DNA of 64,000 nt from contig JANWJF010000001.1 of the NCBI GenBank assembly GCA_025449535.1, forward strand, positions 4,279 to 68,278, written 5' to 3'. The position numbers and the translations under genes are program-made. This document shows positions 20,591 through 34,362 of the stretch, one piece after another; the first letter of the stretch is position 1; the number at the start of each line of letters is the position of its first letter. Under the pieces are notes generated by a model, which did not search any database, had not been told where the DNA came from, and saw only the letters and a list, made by a program, of their open reading frames with translations. This DNA comes from Candidatus Saccharimonadia bacterium. GTDB taxonomy: Bacteria > Patescibacteriota > SICC01.

Positions 20591-20994
20591 CCGAGATAGA
20601 CGTCCACGGAGACGCGTTGGACGGCTCGGAGGTCAGGGAACTCGTCGGGTCCATCGTTGCCGCCGAACAAGCCCGGGTAGCCAAAGTATCCGTCAGTTTC
20701 ACGGACGAACCCACGATCCGGGACCTTAATCGCCGGCACCGCGCCAAGGACAAGGCGACCGATGTCCTGAGCTACCCGTTCGACGGGTCGTTCCCACAGG
20801 GCAGCGGCGGCGAGGTCGTCATCTGCCCGGCCGTCGTCGAACGCCTGGCGCGGGAAGACGGCCGTGACTTCCGTCAGGCGTTGCGGGAGACGGTGGTCCA
20901 CGGGGTGCTGCACCTGTTAGGGCACGAGGACGGCACCGACGCCGGCGCACGCGAGATGGACCGGCGGACCCGCCTGATCCTGGAGGAGGCGTAG
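20587..20994 (+). CDS. ybeY: rRNA maturation endoribonuclease YbeY
   Basis: 'HGVLHLLGHED' zinc motif; ATGA overlap with the upstream gene. Confidence 0.85.
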   Translation: MTEIDVHGDALDGSEVRELVGSIVAAEQARVAKVSVSFTDEPTIRDLNRRHRAKDKATDVLSYPFDGSFPQGSGGEVVICPAVVERLAREDGRDFRQALRETVVHGVLHLLGHEDGTDAGAREMDRRTRLILEEA

Positions 20995-20995
20995 G

Positions 20996-21370
20996 GTGGT
21001 CAAGGAACTCGACCCCAAGCGGCTGCACAGAAGCTTCCGATACGCCGCCCGCGGCGTCTGGCACGTCCTCCGCAGCGAGGCCAACCTGCGCATCCACGTG
21101 GCCGCGACGGCCCTGGCCGTCACGGCCGGAATCCTACTGGGGATCTCCGGACCCGAGTTCGCGATCGTCCTGCTGGCGATCGGCCTGGTACTGACGCTTG
21201 AGGTGATCAACACGGTCATCGAGGATTTCCTGGACATCCTGCATCCGCAGCACCACGGGTCGGTCCGACGTATCAAGGATGCCCTGGCCGGGGCCGTCCT
21301 GTTGGCGGCGTTCGTGGCGATCGGCGTCGGCGCGCTGGTCTTCGGGCCATATCTCCTTGCGACGCCCTGA
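20996..21370 (+). CDS. dgkA: diacylglycerol/undecaprenol kinase DgkA
   Basis: 124 aa, 3 TM, 'FRYAARGVWHVLRSEANLRIH', 'LEVINTVIEDFLD'. Confidence 0.7.
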   Translation: MVKELDPKRLHRSFRYAARGVWHVLRSEANLRIHVAATALAVTAGILLGISGPEFAIVLLAIGLVLTLEVINTVIEDFLDILHPQHHGSVRRIKDALAGAVLLAAFVAIGVGALVFGPYLLATP

Positions 21371-21424
21371 CGCACAGCCTAAAGTGAGAGAAGACCATAA
21401 ACGGGTCACCGAACAGATTTTTTT

Positions 21425-22669
21425 ATGCCTCGAGAACACATAGTCGTCGGTCTCGATATCGGGACCGAATTCATCCGGACAACGATCGGACAGCTCACGG
21501 CCGAGGAGCCGCATCCGTCGATCATCGGCGTCGGCGTCGCGCCGGCCTCGGGACTGCGGCGGGGTAACGTCGTCGACGTCGAGGAGACGGTCAAGTCCAT
21601 CGCGGCTTCCGTCGAGGAGGCCGAGCGCACATCCGGCGTCAGCGTCGGTAGCGCGTACGTGAACATTTCCGGCGGCCACATCGAGTCGCAGAATTCCCGC
21701 GGCGTCGTCGCGGTATCCCGGGCCGACTCGGAGATCGGGTCGGAGGACGTCAGCCGGGCGGTCGAGGCGGCCAAGGCGGTCGCCGTCCCGTCCAACAAGG
21801 ACATCATCCACGTCATCCCGCGGGAGTACATCGTGGATGGACAGGAGGGCATCAAGGACCCGATCGGGATGAGCGGTATCCGCCTGGAGGTGGAGACGCA
21901 CATCATCACCGCCGCCACGCCCCAGATCAAGAACCTACGGAAATGCGTCTACCAAGCGGGAATCGAGCTTGAGGACCTCGTACTGTCCGGTCTCGCGGCC
22001 GCTCAGGGAGTACTTGGCAAGCGACAGAAGGAGCTTGGCGTGGCGATCCTCGATATCGGGGCCGGCGTATCCGACCTGGTGGTGTTCGAGGAGGGCGACG
22101 TCTTCGCTTCCTCAGTGTTGCCCGTGGGTGGCAGTCATGTGACCAACGACCTCGCGATCGGCCTCAAGACGGATACGGATATCGCGGAGCGGGTGAAGCT
22201 GGAGTACGGTCACGCCCGTCCCGGGGATATCAAAGGCAAGGAGACGATCGACCTCGGCGAGCTGACCCAGGGCGACGAGGAGAACAAGGTCGCCAAGAAG
22301 CTGATCGCCGAGATCGTGGAGGCAAGGATGACGGAGCTGCTCGGGCTCGCCAAGAAGCAGCTCAAGAGCATGGACCGCGACGGCAAGTTGCCGGCGGGAG
22401 TCGTACTCACCGGCGGGGGAGCGAAGTTGCCCGGGGTCGTGGACCTGGCCAAGGAGCAGCTCGGGCTGCCTGCCCAAGTCGGGTTTCCCTCCGACCTCAA
22501 GGGGATGATCGACAAGGTGGACGACCCGTCCTTCGCGACTTCCATCGGACTGATGCTCTGGGGCCTGGACAATAATCTGCAGTTAAGAACAACAAATAGG
22601 TTCGGTAGTTTGCCCGGTGTACAATATCTTGATAGCGTGAAGTCAGTTGTCAAACGGTTTTTGCCGTAG
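21425..22669 (+). CDS. ftsA: cell division protein FtsA
   Basis: Actin-like ATPase 'VGLDIGTEFIR', 'ILDIGAGVSD'; upstream of ftsZ. Confidence 0.85.
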   Translation: MPREHIVVGLDIGTEFIRTTIGQLTAEEPHPSIIGVGVAPASGLRRGNVVDVEETVKSIAASVEEAERTSGVSVGSAYVNISGGHIESQNSRGVVAVSRADSEIGSEDVSRAVEAAKAVAVPSNKDIIHVIPREYIVDGQEGIKDPIGMSGIRLEVETHIITAATPQIKNLRKCVYQAGIELEDLVLSGLAAAQGVLGKRQKELGVAILDIGAGVSDLVVFEEGDVFASSVLPVGGSHVTNDLAIGLKTDTDIAERVKLEYGHARPGDIKGKETIDLGELTQGDEENKVAKKLIAEIVEARMTELLGLAKKQLKSMDRDGKLPAGVVLTGGGAKLPGVVDLAKEQLGLPAQVGFPSDLKGMIDKVDDPSFATSIGLMLWGLDNNLQLRTTNRFGSLPGVQYLDSVKSVVKRFLP

Positions 22670-22702
22670 TACACTAGCCAGTCATTAAACGAGGCACTCA
22701 AA

Positions 22703-23806
22703 TTGATGGAAGTTAAGCCAGAAATTGAGACTTTTGCGCGTATCAAGGTTGCTGGCGTTGGCGGTTCCGGCTGTCAAGCAGTCAATCGGATGCTCCAGTC
22801 CCAGATGCGGGGCATCGAATTCATCGTGATCAATACGGATGCTCAGGCGCTGCATAACTCGCAGGCGCCGCTGAAGATCCACATCGGCAAGGAGACCACC
22901 CGCGGTCTCGGCGCCGGCGCGGACCCGGAGATGGGCCGCAAGGCAGCTGAGGAAGATCGCGGCGAGATCGCCGAGGCGCTTCGCGGCGCGGACATGATCT
23001 TCGTCACCTATGGCGCCGGTGGCGGCACCGGTACGGGCGCGGGCCCACTGGTAGCTGACATCGCCCGGGAAGTCGGTGCGCTGACCGTAGGAGTTGTCAC
23101 TCGTCCGTTCGCTTTCGAAGGCCAGCGTCGTCGTCGTGTGGCGGACGCCGGCATCGAGGAGCTCAAGGATCGGGTGGATACGCTGATTACGATTCCGAAC
23201 GACCGGCTCCTGCAGGTCGTGGACAAGAAGACCTCGATGTTCGACGCCTTCTCGGTCGTCGACGACGTCCTGCGCCAAGGCGTGCAGGGCATCTCCGACC
23301 TGATCACCCAGCACGGCATGATCAACGTCGACTTCGCGGACGTGAAGGCAGTGATGGCCAACGCCGGCTCGGCCCTGATGGGCATCGGCAACGGCCAGGG
23401 TGAGAACCGCGCGATCGAGGCGGCCACCGGTGCGATCGACTCCCCGCTCTTGGAGCTGGCGATCGATGGTGCCAAGGGTATCCTTTTCAACATCACCGGC
23501 GGCAATGACCTGACCATGCATGAGATCGACGAAGCCGCCAAGGTCATCACCGACGCGGCCGACCCGGATGCCAACATCATCTTCGGCGCGGTGATCGACG
23601 AGGAACTGGCCGGCGAGATCAAGATCACGGTCATCGCTACCGGATTCGCCGGTGAGACCCGCAAGGCTCCGCGCCATGACGCGTCCGAGGAGCCGGCCCA
23701 AGCCGCGACCGAGGACCTGACCCAGCCGGTCGGCGCCGCCTCCGATACCACGACCGATTCCGACGAGCTCGACGTGCCGGCGTTCATCCGGCGCAAGATG
23801 GGCTGA
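22703..23806 (+). CDS. ftsZ: cell division protein FtsZ
   Basis: '[17 protein letters not shown]', tubulin signature '[12 protein letters not shown]', 'NVDFADV'. Confidence 0.9.
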   Translation: MMEVKPEIETFARIKVAGVGGSGCQAVNRMLQSQMRGIEFIVINTDAQALHNSQAPLKIHIGKETTRGLGAGADPEMGRKAAEEDRGEIAEALRGADMIFVTYGAGGGTGTGAGPLVADIAREVGALTVGVVTRPFAFEGQRRRRVADAGIEELKDRVDTLITIPNDRLLQVVDKKTSMFDAFSVVDDVLRQGVQGISDLITQHGMINVDFADVKAVMANAGSALMGIGNGQGENRAIEAATGAIDSPLLELAIDGAKGILFNITGGNDLTMHEIDEAAKVITDAADPDANIIFGAVIDEELAGEIKITVIATGFAGETRKAPRHDASEEPAQAATEDLTQPVGAASDTTTDSDELDVPAFIRRKMG

Positions 23807-23817
23807 TTCCCGACGAA

Positions 23818-23847
23818 CGAACCCTGAAAACACCGCCCTTTGCCCGG
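23818..23847 (+). terminator. rho-independent terminator after ftsZ
   Basis: 'AACACCGCC-ctttgccc-GGCGGTGTT' 9-bp GC-rich stem followed by TTTTC. Confidence 0.7.
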
Positions 23848-24070
23848 CGGTGTTTTCATCTACGCCGGACTGCTATTTAGGACGTTTGTTCAATCAGTCA
23901 CAAAAAGGTAAGGACAAACCTGATGGACGAACAAGCCAGCAGGTCACTGCGTTGACGGACCCAACATCTGGTAACTATGGTGAGGCAAGTTGTCCAACAG
24001 GTTGTGGTTTGAGTAGTCCTTGACGCCTGCCACGCATGAAACCGCTGATCGGACGCCTACAAACCACTCC

Positions 24071-24565
24071 ATGGAATGCCCGCAATGCCAAGCAGATTCT
24101 CTCCGCGTGATCGATTCACGCGACGTCGAGGCCGCACCGGCCATCCGCCGCCGCCGGGAATGCGAGCGGTGCGGGTTTCGCTTCACGACGTATGAGCGAG
24201 TCGAGACACCGGCCCTGACCGTCGTCAAGAAGGACGGCCGTCGCGAGCCGTTCTCGCGTGACAAGTTGTCCCGTGGTATCCGTCGGGCCTGCGAAAAGCG
24301 GCCGGTATCGGAATCGTCCGTAGAGCGTGTCGTCGCCCAGGCCGAACAGGCGATCCGGGGCTGCGGTGACACCGAGATAGCCGGCGAACGGATCGGCGGT
24401 ATCGTGATGCGCCAACTCAAGGACCTGGATCAGATCGCCTACATCCGGTTCGCCAGCATCTACCGCGAGTTCGCCGACCTCTCCGAGCTCGATGCGGAGA
24501 TCAAGAAGGTTCTCCTCAAACAGGAGACGGCCAAGGCCTCCAGCCGGAATCGCCAACCGGCCTGA
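24071..24565 (+). CDS. nrdR: transcriptional repressor NrdR
   Basis: 'MECPQCQADSLRVIDSR..AIRRRRECERCGFRFTTYERVE' zinc ribbon plus ATP-cone. Internal Met chosen over the track start at 24020. Confidence 0.85.
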   Translation: MECPQCQADSLRVIDSRDVEAAPAIRRRRECERCGFRFTTYERVETPALTVVKKDGRREPFSRDKLSRGIRRACEKRPVSESSVERVVAQAEQAIRGCGDTEIAGERIGGIVMRQLKDLDQIAYIRFASIYREFADLSELDAEIKKVLLKQETAKASSRNRQPA

Positions 24566-24601
24566 AATAACAACAACACTTACACACACGAAAGGAGTCC
24601 T

Positions 24602-26980
24602 GTGACCCAAGCCACGATCCAAGCGCCCCGAAAAGACCTCAAGCAAGTAGCCCTGAAGAGTCCCGTAAAAGTGAAGAAGGGGACTGAACTCGAAGGCATC
24701 CGCAAGAAGGTCTTTCTAGATCGCTACGCTTGGAAGGACCAGCAGGGCAAGCCGATGGAGCGGCATCCCGAACAGATGTGGGCGCGGGTGGCGAAGGCGC
24801 TAGCGGCCGTCGAGGCACCGGAACACCAGAAGGCCTGGGAAGAGAAGTTCTACAAGTCGATGGAAGGCTTCAAGTTCGTCCCGGCGGGACGGATCCTGTC
24901 CGGCGCCGGTACGGGGCACCAGGTCACGTTCTACAACTGCTTCGTGATCCCGTCGCCGGAGGATTCCCGCGACGGCATCCTCGATAACCTTAAGGCGATG
25001 ACCGAGATCATGTGCCGGGCCGGCGGCGTGGGACTCAACCTGAGTTCGCTGCGGCCGCGGGGCAGCCACATCAAGACCGTCAACGGCACTAGCTCGGGTC
25101 CGATCCCCTGGGCCGAACTCTACTCGGTGGCGACCCACGAGGTGATCCAGCAGGGCGGCAGTCGCCGCGGCGCGCTAATGCTGATGCTCGACGACACCCA
25201 CCCGGACGTCGAGGAGTTCATCACCGCCAAGCGCGACCTCAGGAAGCTGCTCGGCTCGAACATCTCCGTCTGCATTTCCGACGGATTCATGCAGGCGGTC
25301 AAGGACGACGCCGACTGGGATCTCAAGTGGAACGACAAGGTCTACAAGACGGTCAAGGCGAAGAAGCTCTGGAACTCGATCTGCGAGAGCGCCCACGCCT
25401 CGGCCGAACCGGGACTGCACTTCATGGAGCGGTCCAACAAGCGGTCCAATACCTGGTATTACGAGAAGCTGATCTCCACCAACCCGTGCGGCGAGCAGCC
25501 GCTGGGCGAATGGGCGGTCTGCAACCTCGGCGCGTTGAACCTCTCCGCCTTCGTCACCGAGGAAGGCGAGATGGACTACGACTCGCTGGCCGACCACTCC
25601 CGGACGGCGACCCGCGCGCTCGACAACGTCGTCGACGCCAACTACTACTTCTTCAAGGAGAACGAGGAGCAGCAGATGGGCACCCGCCGGACCGGGCTCG
25701 GGACGATGGGCCTCGGCGATGCGCTGATCAAGATGAAGCTGCGCTACGGGTCCGACAAGTCGCTGGACGTGATCGAGAAGATCTACAAGACGATCCGCGA
25801 CGCGGCGTACGACGCCTCGGCCGACATCGCCAAGGAGAAGGCGCCGTTCCCCATGTTCGACCGCAGCAAGTACATGCAAGGCTGGTTCATCAAGCGCCTG
25901 CCGAAGGATATCCAGGCGAAGATCCAGAAGTACGGCATCCGGAACGCCGTCGTCCTGACCCAGGCGCCGACCGGCACCACCTCGCTGCTCTCCGGCGTCA
26001 GCTCCGGCATCGAGCCGGTCTACGACTTCGCGATGAAGCGGACCGACCGGACGGGCGAGCACATCATGTACCATCCGCTGTTCAAGGCCTGGAAGGATGA
26101 GCACGAGGGCGCGGAAGTCCCGGATTACTTCGTCACCTCGAACGACCTCGCGCCGATGGACCACGTGAAGGTGCAGGCCAAGATCCAGGACTACACCGAC
26201 AGCTCGATCAGCAAGACCGTGAATGCCCCGAACAGCTACACTGTCGACCAGGTGAAGGAGCTCTATGAATCCGCCTACGACATGGGCCTCAAGGGCGTGA
26301 CCTTCTACCGGGACGGCAGCCGGGACGCCGTGCTGACCCGCGTGAAGGACGACAAGGACGCGAAGCAGGACGGCCAGGAGAAGGCCGCCGCCGAGCCGCG
26401 CAAAGTGCGCGACCAAGGCATGCCGACGGCCCGGCCCAGCATGCTCCGCGGCCTCACCGTGAAGCAGGTGACCGCGTACGGGAACATGTACGTGACCATG
26501 AATACCGACGAAAGCGGCGAACTGGTAGAGGTCTTCGCCTCGCTCGGCAAGGCCGGCGGACTCGGCGCCTCGATGACCGAGGCGATCTGCCGCCTGGTCT
26601 CGACCTCACTGCGAGCCGGCGTATCGCCGCGGGCGATCATCAAGGAACTCCGCGGGATCACCGACCAGCCGTACGGCTTCGGGGACGCCAAGGTGACCTC
26701 CGTCGCGGACGCGATCGGCAAGACCATCGAGGACTACTTGTATCCGAAGCTGGATCTGCCCCAGACCGGGGACGGTGCGGCCATGCTGCCGAAGCTGCCG
26801 ACCGACCCGAAGGTGGCCGCGGACGAGGTCGACGCCAAGGCTCGGGCGAAGGCGGCGACCGCCGACGTGCCAGCCGCGTCCGGCAAGCTCGCCGGCATCT
26901 GCCCGGACTGCGGCGGTCCGCTTGAGTTCGCCTCCGGCTGCAAGACGTGCCACTCATGTGGCTACTCCGCCTGCGGCTGA
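24602..26980 (+). CDS. nrdJ: class II (adenosylcobalamin-dependent) ribonucleotide reductase
   Basis: 'NPCGEQPLGEWAVCNLG', 'FYNCFV', C-terminal Cys-rich 'CPDCGGPLEFASGCKTCHSCGYSACG'. Immediately after nrdR. Confidence 0.9.
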   Translation: MTQATIQAPRKDLKQVALKSPVKVKKGTELEGIRKKVFLDRYAWKDQQGKPMERHPEQMWARVAKALAAVEAPEHQKAWEEKFYKSMEGFKFVPAGRILSGAGTGHQVTFYNCFVIPSPEDSRDGILDNLKAMTEIMCRAGGVGLNLSSLRPRGSHIKTVNGTSSGPIPWAELYSVATHEVIQQGGSRRGALMLMLDDTHPDVEEFITAKRDLRKLLGSNISVCISDGFMQAVKDDADWDLKWNDKVYKTVKAKKLWNSICESAHASAEPGLHFMERSNKRSNTWYYEKLISTNPCGEQPLGEWAVCNLGALNLSAFVTEEGEMDYDSLADHSRTATRALDNVVDANYYFFKENEEQQMGTRRTGLGTMGLGDALIKMKLRYGSDKSLDVIEKIYKTIRDAAYDASADIAKEKAPFPMFDRSKYMQGWFIKRLPKDIQAKIQKYGIRNAVVLTQAPTGTTSLLSGVSSGIEPVYDFAMKRTDRTGEHIMYHPLFKAWKDEHEGAEVPDYFVTSNDLAPMDHVKVQAKIQDYTDSSISKTVNAPNSYTVDQVKELYESAYDMGLKGVTFYRDGSRDAVLTRVKDDKDAKQDGQEKAAAEPRKVRDQGMPTARPSMLRGLTVKQVTAYGNMYVTMNTDESGELVEVFASLGKAGGLGASMTEAICRLVSTSLRAGVSPRAIIKELRGITDQPYGFGDAKVTSVADAIGKTIEDYLYPKLDLPQTGDGAAMLPKLPTDPKVAADEVDAKARAKAATADVPAASGKLAGICPDCGGPLEFASGCKTCHSCGYSACG

Positions 26981-27130
26981 TTAATAAAACGACCCAGACG
27001 AGTGGTGCCGGGGAAGCGCCGTGCGAATCGGCCGTGGTCCCGCCACTGTGATTCCCGATGCCGTCGGGATAAGCCAGGATACCGGTCCGCTCGACCATTA
27101 CACCCGACCTACGGTCGATAGGAGGGGCGA

Positions 27131-27156
27131 CGCGCCCGTTTGGCGCGATTTTTCAA
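27131..27156 (+). terminator. terminator-like hairpin (CGCGCC-cgttt-GGCGCG then ATTTTTC) between nrdJ and the downstream ORF
   Basis: 6-bp GC stem plus U-run about 150 nt after the nrdJ stop and just before the 27163 start. Coordinates +/-2. Confidence 0.4.
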
Positions 27157-27162
27157 ATCAAC

Positions 27163-27910
27163 ATGACACCGATAGCAGAGACAGCCGGACCGTTGCAGCA
27201 CGAAGCCTTGATCGAACAGGTCTATGCGTCGTGCGACCCGGCAGTGGCGGAACAGGTGGTCCAGAACATCCGTGCCAACCCGGACAGTACCGTGACGGAT
27301 TGGAGCCGATTCCTGGGAGAGTCCGATGGCGTACGGAGTATCGGTTCGCTGGTCGATGAGACCCGGTCCTACGTCTCCCGGAAACTCGCGGAGGGGTACG
27401 TGCTGGATGGGGATATGGAAGGCGCCTTTGCGGCCTTCGCCGCCAACCCACTGGAGCGCCAGTCGGCCATTTACGCCATGCTCAAGCCGCCTGAGCGCGA
27501 AGAGGAACCCTCGGCTGCTCCGGCAAGCAGGCGAGATCATGGCCGAACCGAATCAGCACCGCGATCCGTCCGGCTGGCCTCGCGGGAGCTAAAAAGGCAC
27601 AGGGGCGCCGCTTCCCCAGCCGAGTTCTTCACGCCGGTGCGTCGCCCGTCAGCGGAGGCAGTACGGGCCGACGTCGATCCGCTGCCTTCCCTTACGGCGT
27701 CCCGGGAAGCAGCGGACCGTCTGCTCCGCCTGCGAGCCGAGAACGCCCCGGCCGAGGCGTTGCTCGTCGTATCGTCAGCGGTCGGCAGCGGAGACACCGA
27801 ACGCGCCTTGGAGCGGGCGGATCGCGTCGAGATGCTGCACGAGGCCGCCCGGCGGTCGATTGCAAGCCCGGCCGGGAACCGGCAAGATGAAGCGCGTACG
27901 GAAACGGCCA
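27163..27910 (+). CDS. hypothetical protein; 3' end unresolved (frame stays open to 28974)
   Basis: First 110 codons have genome-typical GC3. Downstream the frame becomes low-complexity with atypical codons. yggT and mscS lie in another frame inside the open frame. Confidence 0.35.
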
Positions 27911-28171
27911 ATGACAAACACATTCCTGATCCAGTTCATCGAGATCCTGAGCTTTACGCTGCAGGTCCTGATCCTGATCCGAGTCTTGTTGAGTTGGATC
28001 AAGCCGCATCCGAGCGGCCCGGCGGGACGGTTCCTGATCGAGACCACGGACCCGATCCTACGTCCGTTCCAGAGATTGATTCCGCCGATGGCGGGAATCG
28101 ACCTCAGTCCGATCGCCGCGCTGGTGACGATCCAGCTGCTGGCGAGCCTGGCGACCCGGGCGCTCGGCTGA
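27911..28171 (+). CDS. yggT: YggT/Ycf19-family membrane protein
   Basis: 'MTNTFLIQFIEILSFTLQVLILIRVLLSWI..PHPS..ILRPFQRLIPPMAGIDLSPIAAL' matches the YggT pattern. Internal Met chosen; about 86 aa. Confidence 0.65.
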   Translation: MTNTFLIQFIEILSFTLQVLILIRVLLSWIKPHPSGPAGRFLIETTDPILRPFQRLIPPMAGIDLSPIAALVTIQLLASLATRALG

Positions 28172-28258
28172 CCCCAGAGGAGTACGCTCGGATCGAGGGG
28201 TTTACGGAAACGGATCCGGAATCCCCGGAAGCGGCGGTAACGGTTAGAATGGAGAGCG

Positions 28259-28819
28259 ATGATCGAATTCGCATCGAAACTGCAGGACCTCGGCGACCGG
28301 CTCTTGGACAAGCTACCGGACCTGGTAATCGCGTTGTTGGTCGGCTTGGCGCTGGTGGAGCTGGCGATCCTGGCGCTCGGTTACGCCTTGAAGGTGGCCC
28401 GGATCCCCAGGGCCTTGAAGCCGATCCTCTACACCCTGGCCCGCGCCTTCCTCTGGGTCGTGCTGTTGCTGGTGATCATCCAGACGCTCGGCTTGAACGA
28501 CCTGTTACTGGCGGTGACCGGCTCGTCGGTGGTGCTGGCGTTAGTGCTCTCGACGGGCGTGGCGCCGCTGATCTCGGACACGTTGGCCGGCTTGTCGCTG
28601 GCGGCGGACCGGAATTTCCAGCCAGGGGCGAAGGTGCAGGTCGGCGAGAAGGGGACCGTCGGCCACGTCTTGAGCATGGACATCCGGAAGACCCGGATCG
28701 AGACGTCGGACGGAAAGGTCCACGTGATCCCGAACTCGGTGATCGACAAGACGGAGTGGGTAGTGCTCGAACCGAAAGGCTCGAAGCCGCGCCGGAAGTC
28801 GATTCTGAAGCGGAAGTAG
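28259..28819 (+). CDS. small MscS-like mechanosensitive channel (186 aa, lacks C-terminal domain)
   Basis: 3 TM helices then the MscS beta-domain 'GAKVQVGEKGTVGHVLSMDIRKTRIETSDGKVHVIPNSVI'. Confidence 0.6.
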   Translation: MIEFASKLQDLGDRLLDKLPDLVIALLVGLALVELAILALGYALKVARIPRALKPILYTLARAFLWVVLLLVIIQTLGLNDLLLAVTGSSVVLALVLSTGVAPLISDTLAGLSLAADRNFQPGAKVQVGEKGTVGHVLSMDIRKTRIETSDGKVHVIPNSVIDKTEWVVLEPKGSKPRRKSILKRK

Positions 28820-29028
28820 TTTACCCTGGGATTGAAGCGACCGATTCCGGCGATCACCGGGAGATGCTTCCGGAAGAACTCCCGGCCGCGACCGGGGTAG
28901 TAGACCCGGACGATCCGGCCCGCCGGCCGGCAACGAAGCGCCCCGACGTCCCAGCGCTCACCGCGCGGAACTGACGGGAACCGAGGTGGTACCGCCCGAA
29001 AGGGTCCTCGCGTAACCGCGAGTTCTTC

Positions 29029-32096
<3,068 letters not shown>

Positions 32097-32100
<4 letters not shown>

Positions 32101-33206
32101 TGGACCGATTCCGCAACTTCGACTGGTTCCTGATGGCCGCCGTGGGCCTGCTCCTGACGATCTCCGTGGCGGTAATCTTCACGACTACGTTCGGCGAATC
32201 CGGCGGAGCAGGGGACGCGATCCAGCAATGCCTGTTCGCGCTGCTCGGCCTGGGGTTGGTATTCGTGATCGGCGTGACGGACTACCGGGTCTTCCGCCGG
32301 ACGGCTGGCGCGTTGTACTTGGTCGCCCTCTTCTTCCTGATCCTGGTCGAACTGATCGGTACCAGTGCGCTTGGCGCGACGCGCTGGATTGACCTGGGAT
32401 TCTTCCAGTTCCAGCCCTCGGAGTTCGCGAAGGTCGTGATGGTTATCGTGCTGGCGAAGGTGCTCGCGGACAACCAAAAGACGATCGGTACCCGACGGAC
32501 GTTCTTCAAGACGCTCGCCTATACCCTGGTCCCGACGCTCCTGGTCGCGGCCCAGCCAGACCTCGGGACGGCGATGGTCTTTTTGGGTACGTGGCTCGGT
32601 CTGATCGTCGCGGCCGGCGTCCCGAAGCGATTTCTGGCCGGGACGGCGGGTGCGCTGGCGGTATTGATCCCGACGGCATGGTTCTGGTTCCTGCACGACT
32701 ACCAGAAACGTCGGGTGCTGACGCTCGTGGACCCGAACGCCGACCCGTTGGGTGCGGGATACAACGTCAAACAGGCCCAGATCGCGGTAGGGTCCGGAGG
32801 TCTCTTCGGCCAGACGCTCGGCGGCGGTACGCAAAGCCAGCTGAACTTCCTACCGATCCAGCACACCGACTTCATCTTCGCGGTAATCGCCGAGGAGCTC
32901 GGGTTCCTCGGCTCGCTTCTACTACTGGCCCTGTTGGCAGTCGTGATTTACCGGGCGTTGGCTATCGCGAACGGCGCCCGTGACTTCTTCGGCTACCTGC
33001 TCGCGATGGGTATCATGCTGATCGTACTGGTGCAAACCGTGGTGAACGTCGGAATGAACGTGGGGATCATGCCGGTCACCGGTATTCCGCTGCCGTTCGT
33101 CAGTTACGGCGGCACGAGCATCCTGATGGTCTTGCTCGGGGTGGGGATGCTGCAAAGCGTCGCCTCGGCGCACAGTAGGCGGAAGAAGCCCGTGTTTGCC
33201 GGCTGA
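32097..33206 (+). CDS. SEDS-family peptidoglycan glycosyltransferase (FtsW/RodA)
   Basis: 10-TM SEDS pattern, 'FQFQPSEFAK', 'PDLGTAMV', 'GGTS'. TTG/ATG start overlaps the ileS stop. Confidence 0.8.
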
Positions 33207-33247
33207 CGCGTGGAAGCGATGCCTGAAAACCGCTACACTGGGCTGGT

Positions 33248-33544
33248 ATGGCAGCATCAACGAAACAGGCCGTGATTAGCACCGGCGGCAAGCAGTACCG
33301 CGTCGCCGAGGGTGATGAGCTGATCGTCGAGAAACTCGATAGCAAGAAGCTGACGTTCCCGGCCCTGGCGGTCGTGGCGGACGGGGAACTGGCCGCCCGG
33401 AAGGCGACCGTGCAGGCGGAAGCACTCGGTGACGCCAAGGGGCCCAAGCTGACGATCTTCAAGATGAAGCCGAAGAAGCGCTCCCGCGTGAAGAACGGGC
33501 ACCGGCAGCACGGGACCCGGATCCGGATCACCAAGATCGGCTGA
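33248..33544 (+). CDS. rplU: 50S ribosomal protein L21
   Basis: 'AVISTGGKQYRVAEGDELIVEKL' L21 N-terminus; 98 aa. Confidence 0.8.
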   Translation: MAASTKQAVISTGGKQYRVAEGDELIVEKLDSKKLTFPALAVVADGELAARKATVQAEALGDAKGPKLTIFKMKPKKRSRVKNGHRQHGTRIRITKIG

Positions 33545-33591
33545 CCCGGGCTCGCGGCGTCGGCGTCACGGCGGTACGATAAGGAAAACAC

Positions 33592-34362
33592 ATGTCCGTC
33601 ATCGCATTCGCCAATCAGAAAGGGGGCGTGGGTAAGACGACCACGGCGGTCAACGTCGCCGCGGCGTTGGCGGCGCGTGGCCGGCGGACGCTCCTGGTCG
33701 ACGCGGACCCCCAAGGAAACGCCACGAGCGTGCTGGCCAACGAGCGGCCCGGTGAAGGCACCTACGAGGTGCTGTGCCGGCAAGCTCCGACGTCGCGACT
33801 GATCCGCGGCAGCCGCTATCGGAATCTCGACTTGCTGGCCGCGACGGACGACCTGGCCGGGGCGGAAGTGGAGCTGGCGACGGCCGAAGGCCGTTACGCC
33901 CGGTTGTCCGCCGCCCTTGCCGAACACCCGTACCGGTACGTGGTCATCGACACGCCGCCCTCGCTCGGATTCCTTACCCTGAACGCGTTGGTCGCGGCAC
34001 GTTTCGTCGTCGTGCCGCTCCAGGCCGAGTATTACGCGTTGGAGGGGCTCGCCAAGCTCTCTGGGACGATCGAGAAGGTCCGCAGCAGCCTGAACCCCGA
34101 ACTTCGACTGATGGGAGTGGCCCTGACGATGTTTGACCGCCGGCTTAACCTGGCCAAACAGGTCGCCGAAGACGTCCGCAAACACTTCGGCGCGAAAGTA
34201 TTCGACACGATCATTCCACGTAGCGTCCGGCTGGCCGAGGCGCCGGGATTCCGGGAATCGGCGATGAGCTTCGACGGCATGTCGTCCGGGGCGACCGCAT
34301 ACGATCAACTAACGGAGGAAATCCATGAGCGCACCGAAGCGCGGACTTGGCAGAGGGCTTGA
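33592..34362 (+). CDS. parA: chromosome partitioning ATPase ParA/Soj
   Basis: Deviant Walker A 'NQKGGVGKTTTAVN'. Confidence 0.85.
   Translation: MSVIAFANQKGGVGKTTTAVNVAAALAARGRRTLLVDADPQGNATSVLANERPGEGTYEVLCRQAPTSRLIRGSRYRNLDLLAATDDLAGAEVELATAEGRYARLSAALAEHPYRYVVIDTPPSLGFLTLNALVAARFVVVPLQAEYYALEGLAKLSGTIEKVRSSLNPELRLMGVALTMFDRRLNLAKQVAEDVRKHFGAKVFDTIIPRSVRLAEAPGFRESAMSFDGMSSGATAYDQLTEEIHERTEARTWQRA

Noticed and set aside
27163-28974. Single 603-aa protein as given in the ORF track
   Set aside because: yggT and the MscS-like gene are clear in another frame within it. Codon usage degrades after about 110 codons. Kept only the N-terminal part, at low confidence.
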